From sequence record OR062945.1: a DNA stretch of 64,000 nt; one strand, written 5' to 3'. The notes beneath the pieces are model-generated. The model had not been told where the DNA came from. It made no database searches and saw only the letters and a program-made list of their open reading frames with translations. The DNA comes from Escherichia phage 308Ecol101PP. The position numbers were made by a program, and so were the translations under genes. This document shows, in pieces, positions 34,174 through 43,407 of this stretch (positions are counted from its first letter, which is position 1; each line of letters starts with the position of its first letter).

Positions 34174-34647
34174 ATGTTATTATCTGGCAAATTATACAAA
34201 GAAGAAAAACAAAAATTTTATGATGCACAGAATGGTAAGTGTCCTATTTGCCACCGTGAATTAGACCCTGATGTTCAAGGTAACCATCTTGACCACGACC
34301 ACGAATTAAACGGGCCAAAAGCAGGTAGAGTTCGTGGGTTACTCTGTAATCTGTGCAACGCAGCAGAAGGCCAAATGAAGCATAAGTTCAACCGTTCCGG
34401 TCTTAAAGGACGTGATGTCGACTACCTCGAATGGCTTGAAGCTCTTCTTGCTTATTTGAAACAAGATTATTCTGATAATAATATCCATCCTAATTTTGTT
34501 CCAGACAAAACTAAAGAGTTCTCAAGACTAGGTAAAGAGGAAATGATGGCTGAGATGCTTCAAAGAGGATTTGAATATAATGAATCTGATACCAAAACAC
34601 AATTAATAGCTTCATTCAAAAAGCAGCTTAGAAAGAGTTTAAAATGA
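34174..34647 (+). CDS. 49: Endonuclease VII (Holliday junction resolvase) gp49
   Basis: MLLSGKLYKEEKQKFYDAQNGKCPICHRELDPDVQGNHLDHDHELNGPKAG...; near-identical to T4 gp49. Confidence 0.95.
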   Translation: MLLSGKLYKEEKQKFYDAQNGKCPICHRELDPDVQGNHLDHDHELNGPKAGRVRGLLCNLCNAAEGQMKHKFNRSGLKGRDVDYLEWLEALLAYLKQDYSDNNIHPNFVPDKTKEFSRLGKEEMMAEMLQRGFEYNESDTKTQLIASFKKQLRKSLK

Positions 34648-36461
34648 AAATTGAAAAAGAAATTGAAGGATTAATTCATAAAACTAATAAAGATCTTTTG
34701 AACGAGAATGCTAATAAAGATTCTCGTGTTTTTCCAACTCAACGGGACCTTATGGCTGGTATTGTGTCTAAGCACATTGCCAAAAATATGGTCCCGTCTT
34801 TTATTATGAAAGCACATGAAAGCGGAATTATCCATTTCCATGATATTGATTATTCCCCTGCTCTTCCATTTACTAATTGCTGTTTAGTAGATTTAAAAGG
34901 AATGCTTGAAAACGGGTTTAAGCTAGGTAATGCTCAAATTGAAACGCCTAAATCGATTGGTGTTGCTACTGCAATTATGGCACAAATTACCGCACAGGTT
35001 GCTTCACATCAGTACGGCGGAACGACTTTTGCTAATGTAGATAAAGTACTTTCTCCTTATGTTAAACGCACCTATGCAAAACATATTGAGGATGCAGAAA
35101 AATGGCAAATCGCTGATGCGTTGAATTATGCCCAATCTAAAACAGAAAAAGACGTATACGATGCATTTCAAGCTTATGAGTATGAAGTAAATACTCTTTT
35201 TAGCTCAAACGGTCAAACGCCTTTTGTAACAATTACATTTGGTACTGGAACTGACTGGACTGAACGAATTATTCAGAAAGCAATTCTTAAAAACCGCATT
35301 AAAGGCCTTGGTCGTGATGGAATAACTCCTATTTTCCCTAAACTTGTTATGTTCATTGAAGAGGGTGTCAATCTTTATAAAGACGACCCGAACTATGATA
35401 TTAAGCAGCTTGCTCTAGAGTGTGCAAGCAAAAGAATGTATCCTGATATTATTTCAGTTAAGAACAATAAAGCTATCACTGGTTCATCTATTCCTGTTTC
35501 TCCAATGGGTTGTCGTAGTTTCTTGAGTGTATGGAAAGATTCGACTGGAAATGAAATTCTTGATGGACGTAATAATCTTGGTGTTGTAACACTGAATCTT
35601 CCTCGTATTGCGTTAGATTCTTATATTGGAACACAATTCAATGAACAGAAATTTGTTGAGCTATTTAATGAACGAATGGATCTGTGTTTTGAAGCCTTGA
35701 TGTGTAGAATTAGTTCTTTAAAGGGTGTTAAAGCAACTGTTGCTCCTATTCTTTACCAAGAAGGTGCATTCGGGGTTCGTCTTAAACCTGATGACGATAT
35801 AATTGAGTTATTTAAAAACGGTAGAAGTTCAGTGTCCTTAGGATACATTGGTATTCACGAATTGAATATTCTTGTCGGTCGTGATATTGGACAAGAAATT
35901 TTAACTAAAATGAATGCTCGTCTTAAGCAGTGGACTGAAAGAACCGGTTTTGCTTTTAGCTTGTATTCTACTCCTGCTGAAAACCTGTGCTATCGCTTCT
36001 GTAAACTTGATACCGAGAAATATGGAAGTGTAAAAGATGTTACTGATAAAGGCTGGTACACTAATAGTTTCCATGTTTCAGTAGAAGAAAATATCACTCC
36101 GTTTGAAAAGATTTCTCGCGAAGCCCCATATCATTTCATTGCGACTGGCGGACATATTTCTTATGTTGAACTTCCTGATATGAAAAATAACCTAAAAGGT
36201 CTTGAGGCTGTATGGGATTATGCTGCACAACATTTAGATTATTTTGGTGTTAATATGCCAGTAGATAAATGTTTTACATGTGGAAGTACTCATGAAATGA
36301 CTCCTACTGAAACCGGATTTGTTTGTTCTATTTGTGGAGAAACTGACCCTAAAAAGATGAACACCATAAGAAGAACATGCGGTTATCTTGGAAATCCTAA
36401 CGAACGCGGATTTAATCTCGGCAAAAATAAAGAAATCATGCATAGGGTTAAACACCAATGA
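34644..36461 (+). CDS. nrdD: Anaerobic ribonucleoside-triphosphate reductase NrdD (no intron)
   Basis: 605 aa continuous ORF; C-terminal Zn ribbon CFTCG...CSICG and glycyl radical motif RRTCGYLG. Confidence 0.95.
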   Translation: MKIEKEIEGLIHKTNKDLLNENANKDSRVFPTQRDLMAGIVSKHIAKNMVPSFIMKAHESGIIHFHDIDYSPALPFTNCCLVDLKGMLENGFKLGNAQIETPKSIGVATAIMAQITAQVASHQYGGTTFANVDKVLSPYVKRTYAKHIEDAEKWQIADALNYAQSKTEKDVYDAFQAYEYEVNTLFSSNGQTPFVTITFGTGTDWTERIIQKAILKNRIKGLGRDGITPIFPKLVMFIEEGVNLYKDDPNYDIKQLALECASKRMYPDIISVKNNKAITGSSIPVSPMGCRSFLSVWKDSTGNEILDGRNNLGVVTLNLPRIALDSYIGTQFNEQKFVELFNERMDLCFEALMCRISSLKGVKATVAPILYQEGAFGVRLKPDDDIIELFKNGRSSVSLGYIGIHELNILVGRDIGQEILTKMNARLKQWTERTGFAFSLYSTPAENLCYRFCKLDTEKYGSVKDVTDKGWYTNSFHVSVEENITPFEKISREAPYHFIATGGHISYVELPDMKNNLKGLEAVWDYAAQHLDYFGVNMPVDKCFTCGSTHEMTPTETGFVCSICGETDPKKMNTIRRTCGYLGNPNERGFNLGKNKEIMHRVKHQ

Positions 36462-36928
36462 ATTATGATAGATTTTATCCTTGCGATTTTGTGAATGGCC
36501 CTGGTTGCAGGGTCGTTCTTTTCGTTACAGGTTGTTTGCATAAATGCGAAGGGTGTTATAATAAATCAACATGGAACGCTAGAAATGGTATTCCATTCAC
36601 GGGTGAAACACTAGAGCAATTAATTGAATGTTTGAATAATGATTATATAGAAGGATTAACTATAACTGGAGGAGACCCTCTCTATCCCGATAACAGAGAT
36701 GTTGTTCATTGCATTGCTCAAACAGTAAAAAATCTTTATCCCAATAAAAGCATTTGGTTGTGGACAGGATATAAGTTTGAAGATATTAAACAACTAGAAA
36801 TGCTTAAATATGTTGATGTTATTATTGATGGGAAGTATGAGAAAAATCTTCCGACTAAAAAGATGTGGCGAGGATCAGATAATCAGCGACTTTGGTCAAA
36901 TACCGATGGGGTGTGGAAACATGATTAA
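36458..36928 (+). CDS. nrdG: Anaerobic RNR activating enzyme NrdG (radical SAM)
   Basis: CLHKCEGCYN Cys cluster near N-terminus; ATGA overlap with nrdD. Confidence 0.9.
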   Translation: MNYDRFYPCDFVNGPGCRVVLFVTGCLHKCEGCYNKSTWNARNGIPFTGETLEQLIECLNNDYIEGLTITGGDPLYPDNRDVVHCIAQTVKNLYPNKSIWLWTGYKFEDIKQLEMLKYVDVIIDGKYEKNLPTKKMWRGSDNQRLWSNTDGVWKHD

Positions 36929-37038
36929 ATTGAATTACATTATGGATACTATAAATGATATGATTTTTCGTTTTGGTCCAGAATTTTATTCGCAGTATAG
37001 TTTGGTGTTTATCAATGCTTAGTTAATTAAGGGTAAAT

Positions 37039-37254
37039 ATGTACAAATTTCGTAAAGGTTTAGCTGATTTTCTTACAACTGTAACGTTCTTTTTGTTTAT
37101 GGCAGTTGGAGCTATTTTTCTTATTCCTTTTACTGTTGTATTTTTCTTGATTAGTTTAATTTCTCCGGAAAAGGGTTTATCCTCCAGCGAATTCAATGAA
37201 CGTTTGGACAAAATTACTAATAAACTGAATTCTGTTCTTGATAAAAAGGCTTAA
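37039..37254 (+). CDS. Small membrane protein
   Basis: Two hydrophobic segments; 71 aa. Confidence 0.55.
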   Translation: MYKFRKGLADFLTTVTFFLFMAVGAIFLIPFTVVFFLISLISPEKGLSSSEFNERLDKITNKLNSVLDKKA

Positions 37255-37256
37255 TT

Positions 37257-37574
37257 ATGATTAGTTTTGAGCGGTATGTGGTAGAGAGTTGGAAAGGTTT
37301 TGATATGTTCGGTAATGACTATTATTTTTACGAATGTAATCTAAATCCTAGTTTTTGGGCTGGACGTGAACGAGATCTCGAAGAAATTAATGCTCGTGCC
37401 GAATTGTTAGGTGAACTGCCTACGGTTTATTTTACCTTTGATGAATCTGGATTTGTTATCCAGGTTTATTTTCCTGAAGAAAACTCTGGTGAGGATTCTG
37501 TTAATCCTCCTTATTGGGCTTACCAAGGAATTATTTCTCGTGGAACAAAACTCGAACTTAAAGAACAAGATTGA
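37257..37574 (+). CDS. Hypothetical acidic protein
   Basis: 105 aa; ATG 2 nt after upstream stop. Confidence 0.6.
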   Translation: MISFERYVVESWKGFDMFGNDYYFYECNLNPSFWAGRERDLEEINARAELLGELPTVYFTFDESGFVIQVYFPEENSGEDSVNPPYWAYQGIISRGTKLELKEQD

Positions 37575-37863
37575 AATTTATGGCATCCCTGAAGAAGTAG
37601 GACGTTGTCCAGGATGTTATACTGTTACAAAACTTTTAAAGGAGCTCAATGCTCCTTATACATTTTATAAAGTCCTCACTAATAATGGTAAGATTGAATA
37701 CGACCGTCCTTTAATCGTATCTCTTGCTAAACGTGCAGGATTCACTTCACTTAATATTCGTTATCCTGTCATATTTTTAAATGATAAGAAACAAAAGAAT
37801 ATTGCAGAGTTTAAAAAGTCCTTGATTTCATTAGGATACGACTCTGATATCATAGAAGATTGA
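37540..37863 (+). CDS. Glutaredoxin-like protein (NrdH-like, CPGC motif); start codon uncertain
   Basis: ...IEIYGIPEEVGRCPGCYTVTKLL...; no ATG in frame near the domain start, GTG 37540 proposed; terminator hairpin at 37862. Confidence 0.5.
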   Translation: MEQNSNLKNKIEIYGIPEEVGRCPGCYTVTKLLKELNAPYTFYKVLTNNGKIEYDRPLIVSLAKRAGFTSLNIRYPVIFLNDKKQKNIAEFKKSLISLGYDSDIIED

Positions 37864-37888
37864 CCAGGTGCCGCCTGGTCTTCTTTAT
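37862..37888 (+). terminator. Rho-independent terminator
   Basis: GACCAGG-TGCCG-CCTGGTC then TTCTTTAT. Confidence 0.6.
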
Positions 37889-37971
37889 CTCATTTCTAAT
37901 ATAATCCATTGGAATCTTCACTTCACTATCTCCTTGTGCCCCTCTCAAATCGAAAATATTTTCATAAAACA

Positions 37972-38012
37972 GTTTACATCCTCAATAGATGTGTTAAGAT
38001 TAAACCATCTAC
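37972..38012 (+). promoter_or_regulatory. Early promoter cassette with IR TAGATG / CATCTA
   Basis: GTTTAC; -10 GTTAAGAT. Confidence 0.5.
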
Positions 38013-38028
38013 TATAGAGGAAAATAAA

Positions 38029-38211
38029 ATGACAATTGAAGATAAAGAAATTAAGGTCGACCAGTACTATTCTGTCAATGGTAATGCAGTACAGATAACC
38101 AGAGTTTCAAGCCTGGATGTTTGGTACCGTTCAATCAAATATCCAGAAATTGGTGAAATGCTTTGTGACCGTGGTATCTTCTGTTCAATTGCAAAGGAAA
38201 TTAAGCCATGA
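38029..38211 (+). CDS. Hypothetical protein
   Basis: Promoter cassette 37972; SD AGAGGAAA then ATG 38029. Confidence 0.5.
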   Translation: MTIEDKEIKVDQYYSVNGNAVQITRVSSLDVWYRSIKYPEIGEMLCDRGIFCSIAKEIKP

Positions 38212-38456
38212 TTAGTTTAGATTCAAAGAAAGTTGTTCTAACTCTTAATGTAAACAACGAACGTCTGGTGTTCATTACCATTTCTGATTTGAACGTTGAA
38301 ATTGCTAATGGCGTCCGTACTTATCAAACGTATAAAACACATTGGGACTATATCCCAATGTTGACGCTTACTCAGCGTTTAGAATCAATTGGTCTTAAAG
38401 ACCTTTCAGTAAGTGAAGTGAATTTTATCAAACGCATTGTATCAATCAACCTCTGA
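38208..38456 (+). CDS. Hypothetical protein
   Basis: ATGA overlap; 82 aa. Confidence 0.55.
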   Translation: MISLDSKKVVLTLNVNNERLVFITISDLNVEIANGVRTYQTYKTHWDYIPMLTLTQRLESIGLKDLSVSEVNFIKRIVSINL

Positions 38457-38463
38457 GGTACTT

Positions 38464-38757
38464 ATGGGTAAAACGTATCGTCGTAAAGATTTGAAAGTTC
38501 GCGATTACGACTATTTTGGTAAGCGTAAAGCTCCTGACGGTGTTAGTCACAAAGACATGGTTGAAAACATTTTCCGCTCAGATAAATGGAAACGTATGAA
38601 AGGCGTTGATTCCGAAGTCAAGAACGAAATGAATCGACAACTCCGCAAAGAAGTTCGTAAGTTGAAAAAAGATGTTTACAGTAAAGAAGATTATGATTAT
38701 AATACTTCTCATACTGAAGCCAAACGTAAAGCTAACGAATGTTATCGTTACAGTTGA
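38464..38757 (+). CDS. Hypothetical basic protein
   Basis: SD GAGGT then ATG 38464. Confidence 0.55.
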   Translation: MGKTYRRKDLKVRDYDYFGKRKAPDGVSHKDMVENIFRSDKWKRMKGVDSEVKNEMNRQLRKEVRKLKKDVYSKEDYDYNTSHTEAKRKANECYRYS

Positions 38758-38764
38758 GGAAATT

Positions 38765-38899
38765 ATGAATATCAAACGAATGCTTTTTAAGCAGGGATTA
38801 TATACTTTAAATGTTAATCCAAAGGGTGATACAACTAAATGGTCCGTAAATGACTGGATTAAGTTCATCGATGAAAATGGGGCGTGGAACACAAAATGA
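38765..38899 (+). CDS. Small ORF (44 aa)
   Basis: SD GAGGAAA then ATG 38765; ATGA overlap with next gene. Confidence 0.4.
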   Translation: MNIKRMLFKQGLYTLNVNPKGDTTKWSVNDWIKFIDENGAWNTK

Positions 38900-39096
38900 A
38901 TCCTGAAAATATTGTGTCATGGCAACTTCGTGAAGAACGTGCCGAATTCTTTGCCAATATGAAACTCAACGGCGTTGAGGACGAAGACTTTTTACGTTGG
39001 TTCTGGATTTACAAATACAAAGAATGCCAGCACGCTGTACTACTGACTTGTGCAGCTATGTATGAAGGCTGGAAAGGCGCTAAAAAGTTCGGTTAA
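38896..39096 (+). CDS. Hypothetical protein
   Basis: 66 aa, ATGA-coupled. Confidence 0.5.
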   Translation: MNPENIVSWQLREERAEFFANMKLNGVEDEDFLRWFWIYKYKECQHAVLLTCAAMYEGWKGAKKFG

Positions 39097-39099
39097 TAA

Positions 39100-39138
39100 T
39101 GTACAACGATAGGAAGACGTGTTATTATCTTCCTATCG
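39100..39138 (+). promoter_or_regulatory. Early promoter stem-loop cassette
   Basis: TGTACA; IR CGATAGGAAGA / TCTTCCTATCG flanking GTGTTATTAT. Confidence 0.6.
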
Positions 39139-39159
39139 TCTTAAAATGAGGAAAATATC

Positions 39160-39399
39160 ATGGAACAAGAATTAGACGTTATTACATCGAAAAAACGTCT
39201 TGAAGTCGTAGTGAATGGCTCAACTATTAAGTTTGTATATGACACTTTAACTGATGCTATTACCGTTAGTTGTGGTGGAAAGGCTTTTAGTCTAGATTCT
39301 ACTGAAAACAAATACCCGTTCTATAAAGGTATCTTTGATATGGGTGTTGATATCAGTGTTCGTCAAGCAAACTATTTACATTATCTTATCACGGAATAA
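39160..39399 (+). CDS. Hypothetical protein
   Basis: Promoter cassette 39100; SD GAGGAAAA. Confidence 0.55.
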   Translation: MEQELDVITSKKRLEVVVNGSTIKFVYDTLTDAITVSCGGKAFSLDSTENKYPFYKGIFDMGVDISVRQANYLHYLITE

Positions 39400-39434
39400 T
39401 GCACAAACTCTTGAGAGCAGAGTATAATGCTCTC
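39400..39434 (+). promoter_or_regulatory. Early promoter cassette, duplicate of the 9126 cassette
   Basis: AATGCACAAACTCTTGAGAGCAGAGTATAATGCTCTC, nearly identical over about 40 nt to 9124-9161. Confidence 0.6.
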
Positions 39435-39467
39435 TCATTGGATAATAAAATAACCGAGGAAAATAAT

Positions 39468-39800
39468 ATGTCTACTAAAATCAAAAACGTAGTTAATTCT
39501 TTCGCTTTCGATAAAGTTGTTGCTCTTCTGGAATCCGGCAATATTGTTACTCCTCAAGTCCTTGACGCGTGGGAATTCCGTCTTTATGAAATCATGCAAA
39601 AACACGACCAGAAAATTGGACGTAATTCTATTCGTGAAATTCTAGTACAATATATTCTTTCTGAATTTGACGTTGCTGCATTTGGTGTTGAATCTAAAGC
39701 TTATCAGAAACATGAAATCTCTGAAAAGACTATCCGTCGTATGAAAAATCAACGTAAGAAAAAATTCGTTGACCTGAAAATTGTTAAGGCGGTAAAATGA
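39468..39800 (+). CDS. Hypothetical protein
   Basis: Promoter cassette 39400; SD GAGGAAAA then ATG 39468. Confidence 0.6.
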   Translation: MSTKIKNVVNSFAFDKVVALLESGNIVTPQVLDAWEFRLYEIMQKHDQKIGRNSIREILVQYILSEFDVAAFGVESKAYQKHEISEKTIRRMKNQRKKKFVDLKIVKAVK

Positions 39801-40024
39801 GCGTATTAACAGAATCTTTGATTAATGACCTGCGTCTAGCTGGTTACGAAGTTGGTACAAATAGCCTAGGTCTTTCTCAGATTGAAGGGCTTGGATTTAT
39901 CCTAGAATATGAATTCAAACAATGGTGGCTATATGCTACGGCTGACGATGCGTTGAATATCGATTTCGTTGACCAATTTGATTCGTTGGATGATGCTCTT
40001 GAAGCAGCAAAGGAACTAGAATGA
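39797..40024 (+). CDS. Hypothetical acidic protein
   Basis: ATGA overlap. Confidence 0.55.
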   Translation: MSVLTESLINDLRLAGYEVGTNSLGLSQIEGLGFILEYEFKQWWLYATADDALNIDFVDQFDSLDDALEAAKELE

Positions 40025-40290
40025 AATTAACTCGAATCAGTATAACTGAAGAAAAGCTGGGCGAATTTTATGTTGACGAATATATGAAAGTCACGTATTT
40101 TCCATTCGTTAAAGGTGTTGGTTTTTGGGAAACTCATGTATCTCAATTAAACGAAGGCGACTATAACGAAACACATGAGAACTTTTTAGATTTTCTTTAT
40201 AATGCCGGTCTTACTGAGCTTTATATCGATATCCATGAGTTCAAACGTTTAATGGAAAAAGTGTTTCAGGCTTATTGTTTGCTCCGATAG
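40021..40290 (+). CDS. Hypothetical protein
   Basis: ATGA overlap. Confidence 0.55.
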   Translation: MKLTRISITEEKLGEFYVDEYMKVTYFPFVKGVGFWETHVSQLNEGDYNETHENFLDFLYNAGLTELYIDIHEFKRLMEKVFQAYCLLR

Positions 40291-40296
40291 TATCTC

Positions 40297-40345
40297 GTGC
40301 TTTAAGATAGGTCTCTAAATATTATGATATAATAGACCTATGAAT
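40297..40345 (+). promoter_or_regulatory. Possible MotA-type middle promoter (TGCTTTA box) with IR, upstream of gene 55
   Basis: GTGCTTTA box, TAAATA/TATAAT-like -10 candidates, IR ATAGGTCT / AGACCTAT. Confidence 0.3.
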
Positions 40346-40362
40346 TGAGCTAAGAGGTACTT

Positions 40363-40920
40363 ATGACTGAACAAAAACCTAAAAATAACTATGTGAATAA
40401 TAAAGAGCTTCTCGCCGCTATAATCGAGTGGAAAAAGGAGCTCTTAAATAATAAAGACCCAAACAAAATTATTCGTCAGAATGATACCATCGGTTTAGCA
40501 ATTATGCTTATCGCCGAAGGCCTGTCCAAACGTTTCAACTTTTCAGGATATACCCAGTCTTGGAAGCAGGAGATGATTGCAGATGGGATTGAAGCCTCTA
40601 TTAAGGGACTTCATAATTTCGACGAAACTAAGTACAATAACCCACATGCATACATAACTCGAGCTTGTTTTAATGCTTTTGTCCAACGTATCAAAAAAGA
40701 ACGTAAGGAAGTTGCAAAGAAATATAGTTACTTCGTTCATAATGTCTACGACAGTCATGACGATGATATGGTAGCGTTGGTAGATGAAACGTTTATTCAA
40801 GACATCTACGATAAAATGACGCATTATGAAGAATCCGCTTATAAAGCTCCTGGGGCTGAAAAGAAGGAAGTTGTTAGCGATTCGCCTAGTTTGGATTTTT
40901 TATATGAGGATGACAATTGA
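40363..40920 (+). CDS. 55: Late-transcription sigma factor gp55
   Basis: [117 protein letters not shown]...: near-identical to T4 gp55. Confidence 0.95.
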   Translation: MTEQKPKNNYVNNKELLAAIIEWKKELLNNKDPNKIIRQNDTIGLAIMLIAEGLSKRFNFSGYTQSWKQEMIADGIEASIKGLHNFDETKYNNPHAYITRACFNAFVQRIKKERKEVAKKYSYFVHNVYDSHDDDMVALVDETFIQDIYDKMTHYEESAYKAPGAEKKEVVSDSPSLDFLYEDDN

Positions 40921-41119
40921 CATCTCTAACTACTTAGAAGAACCTTTTGACGAAGCAATCCCTTATTTGGTAAAACTGTTGGGTCGTGAATTTAAGATTA
41001 ATTTTGACATCGACCCTTTGAACCCACATGACGTGTCATTTTCGATAAATGGGACTCCGGTTGAGTATGAGTTCTGTATTGAAGAGGATGGACGTTTTTA
41101 TTTTAATTTAATGAGATAA
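40910..41119 (+). CDS. Hypothetical protein
   Basis: Start overlaps gp55 stop (ATG 40904 or 40910). Confidence 0.5.
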   Translation: MTIDISNYLEEPFDEAIPYLVKLLGREFKINFDIDPLNPHDVSFSINGTPVEYEFCIEEDGRFYFNLMR

Positions 41120-41120
41120 T

Positions 41121-41444
41121 ATGACTACCGAGATTATTGAAAATAAAGAAGCAGAAGATGCAGTAGCTAAAATGCTACAAGAAATCCAAAAGAAAAATGA
41201 AGCTGAAGCACGTAAAAAATCCGAAAAGATTCTTAAAAAGAATCGTTTTGAACTAAACCGTCTTTATGCTCATGCTCAAGAAGCAGCAATTCAAAACAAC
41301 TTCGAAGCTTACGAATATGCTATTAAGAAATCTCGGGATATTCTACGACAACCATATAATGACAAGTTAATTAAAATCCAGTGGGTTACTACTCGTCAGG
41401 CTATTGAGGACATCATTAACGGCGCTAGTTCAAACAAAGTTTAA
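41121..41444 (+). CDS. Hypothetical coiled-coil protein
   Basis: ATG 41121 right after upstream stop. Confidence 0.6.
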   Translation: MTTEIIENKEAEDAVAKMLQEIQKKNEAEARKKSEKILKKNRFELNRLYAHAQEAAIQNNFEAYEYAIKKSRDILRQPYNDKLIKIQWVTTRQAIEDIINGASSNKV

Positions 41445-41664
41445 ACGTCTGAAGCTGAACGCAGGGTTCACTCTTAAATTGGGAGGTCCTCTTTGTGTTA
41501 AAATCTCTGAAAAGGAATATCACGACGGTTCTATTACAGAAATTTGTCCGCCTATTGTAAAGGCAGACCCAAAACAACTCGTGTGGGTCGATTCATTTCA
41601 AGTTAAGAAATGGTGGAAACGATGAGAGAAATCGATTTAGGTATTTTCTGAGAGGTGATTATGC

Positions 41665-41838
41665 ATGACGAACGACCTGACCTCTGAAAATTTCGATAAA
41701 ATCCGTAAAGGCAAAGCAGAAAGAATGAGACGTTTTAAAGAGTCTTATGATAAAGCTAAAGCCGAAGGAACTATTACATACAAGCCCATTCGATTTAAAA
41801 GTTCAAATGAGCCTCTGTACGGTGTACTATGTGGATAG
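41665..41838 (+). CDS. Small basic ORF (57 aa)
   Basis: SD AGAGGTGA then ATG; ends exactly at terminator hairpin 41838; below ORF-track threshold. Confidence 0.4.
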   Translation: MTNDLTSENFDKIRKGKAERMRRFKESYDKAKAEGTITYKPIRFKSSNEPLYGVLCG

Positions 41839-41861
41839 GAACTCTTCGGAGTTCCTTTTTT
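41838..41861 (+). terminator. Rho-independent terminator with UUCG tetraloop
   Basis: GGAACTC-TTCG-GAGTTCC then TTTTTT. Confidence 0.7.
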
Positions 41862-41907
41862 GCTTTATAAACGGATGATAGAATGAATTAACTAATGAGG
41901 AAATAAT

Positions 41908-42927
41908 ATGAAAATTTTGCACTTAGGCGACTTCCATATCGGAGTCAAACAAGATGACCCATGGGTTCAAGATATTCAACGTGATGGTATTCGTCAAGCA
42001 ATTGAATACTCTAAGAAACACGGGATTAAAACTTGGATTCAGTACGGTGATTGGTTTGACGTCCGTAAAGCAATAACACATCGTACAATGGAATTCAATC
42101 GTGAAATCGTTGATATGATTTCTAAAGCAGGCATTCACGTTCATGTCACGATAGGAAACCACGACATGGCGTTTAAGAATACAATAACACCTAACACTGT
42201 TTCTGAATTGTTAACTCAATTTGAAAACTTTACTATTTATGAGCATCCAACTACTGTAGATTTTGACGGATGTCTGATTGATATCGTTCCATGGATGTGT
42301 GAAGAAAATACGGGTGAAATCTTAGAGCACATCAAGACTTCTTCTGCTGCGTATTGTGTTGGGCACTGGGAACTGAATGGCTTTTATTTCTATAAAGGAA
42401 TGAAGTCTCATGGGCTTGAACCTGATTTCTTAAAGACCTATAAACAAGTCTGGTCCGGCCACTTCCACACAATCTCTGAAGCTGCTAACGTCAAATATAT
42501 TGGGACACCATGGACCCTTACTGCAGGTGATGAGAACGACCCGCGCGGATTCTGGGTATTTGACACTGATGTTGAACGTATGGAATTTATTCCTAATGAA
42601 ACAACATGGCATCGACGAATCACTTATCCATTTAAAGGCAAAATCAATTATTCTGATTATACTAATCTAGCCGTACGTGTTATAGTATCAGAAATTGATT
42701 CAGAGTTGACTAAGTTTGAATCTGAACTTGAAAAAGTAGTTCACTCTCTTCGTATGGTTTCTAAAGTTGATAACAGTGTTGAATCTGATGACGACCAGGA
42801 AATCGAGATTAAATCACTTCAAGATATCATTAAAGAATATATTGACGCGATTCCAGATATCTCAGACGAAGACAGAGAAGCGCTGGTCAAATATTCCAAC
42901 GAACTTTATATTGAGGCAACACAATGA
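41908..42927 (+). CDS. 47: Recombination nuclease gp47 (Mre11-like)
   Basis: MKILHLGDFHIGV... calcineurin-like phosphoesterase motifs (GDxHxG, GNHD); precedes gp46 as in T4. Confidence 0.9.
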   Translation: MKILHLGDFHIGVKQDDPWVQDIQRDGIRQAIEYSKKHGIKTWIQYGDWFDVRKAITHRTMEFNREIVDMISKAGIHVHVTIGNHDMAFKNTITPNTVSELLTQFENFTIYEHPTTVDFDGCLIDIVPWMCEENTGEILEHIKTSSAAYCVGHWELNGFYFYKGMKSHGLEPDFLKTYKQVWSGHFHTISEAANVKYIGTPWTLTAGDENDPRGFWVFDTDVERMEFIPNETTWHRRITYPFKGKINYSDYTNLAVRVIVSEIDSELTKFESELEKVVHSLRMVSKVDNSVESDDDQEIEIKSLQDIIKEYIDAIPDISDEDREALVKYSNELYIEATQ

Positions 42928-43181
42928 CTTTAGATGAATTTAACAATGCTGGACTCGGGCTTGAAGTTGAAATAGACGTTAAAGATGATGATGGATTCGA
43001 GAACACTATCAAGTATTGGATTGAGCCATTACGCGTTGAAGGCAATGAAGTTAAAGCAGTTCATGTCTGCACAGACTGGGCTATTGAATTTAGCTTTAAT
43101 ATAATGGACAACGATACTCCTGGCTCTATTCTTAAAATGGCTGAAGCGTGTATTGAGGACGCGTATAATGACGAAGACTGA
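42924..43181 (+). CDS. Hypothetical acidic protein
   Basis: ATGA overlap with gene 47. Confidence 0.55.
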   Translation: MTLDEFNNAGLGLEVEIDVKDDDGFENTIKYWIEPLRVEGNEVKAVHVCTDWAIEFSFNIMDNDTPGSILKMAEACIEDAYNDED

Positions 43182-43407
43182 TTATGAAATCCATCGTCAT
43201 GAATTTAGTATTGGTGACGGTTATATTGGTGTCGTTGAATGGACTGAGAATTACGAGGAATCAACTCCTCGTTTCTTTGGAACAATGTATGTTACCTGTG
43301 AGTACGCGCCAGGTGTTGTTATTTATGCAGAACTAGATGAATATTTTGCTGATAGAGATGACATGTTAAAATATGTAGAGGACTTCATTCGAAGAGAATA
43401 CATATGA
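43168..43407 (+). CDS. Hypothetical protein
   Basis: ATG 43168 overlaps upstream gene end. Confidence 0.5.
   Translation: MTKTDYEIHRHEFSIGDGYIGVVEWTENYEESTPRFFGTMYVTCEYAPGVVIYAELDEYFADRDDMLKYVEDFIRREYI

Noticed and set aside
34644-36461. Looked for a group I intron in nrdD and for introns or inteins in gene 43 and other core genes
   Set aside because: nrdD (605 aa) and gp43 (903 aa) are continuous ORFs with all catalytic motifs collinear; no homing endonuclease motifs (GIY-YIG, HNH, LAGLIDADG) were seen in the window.
37411-37574. ORF-track start at 37411 for the glutaredoxin-like ORF
   Set aside because: The first 55 codons overlap gene 37257..37574 in another frame and encode a low-complexity hydrophobic string; the recognisable glutaredoxin domain begins near 37570, so a non-ATG start (GTG 37540) or coupling is more plausible.
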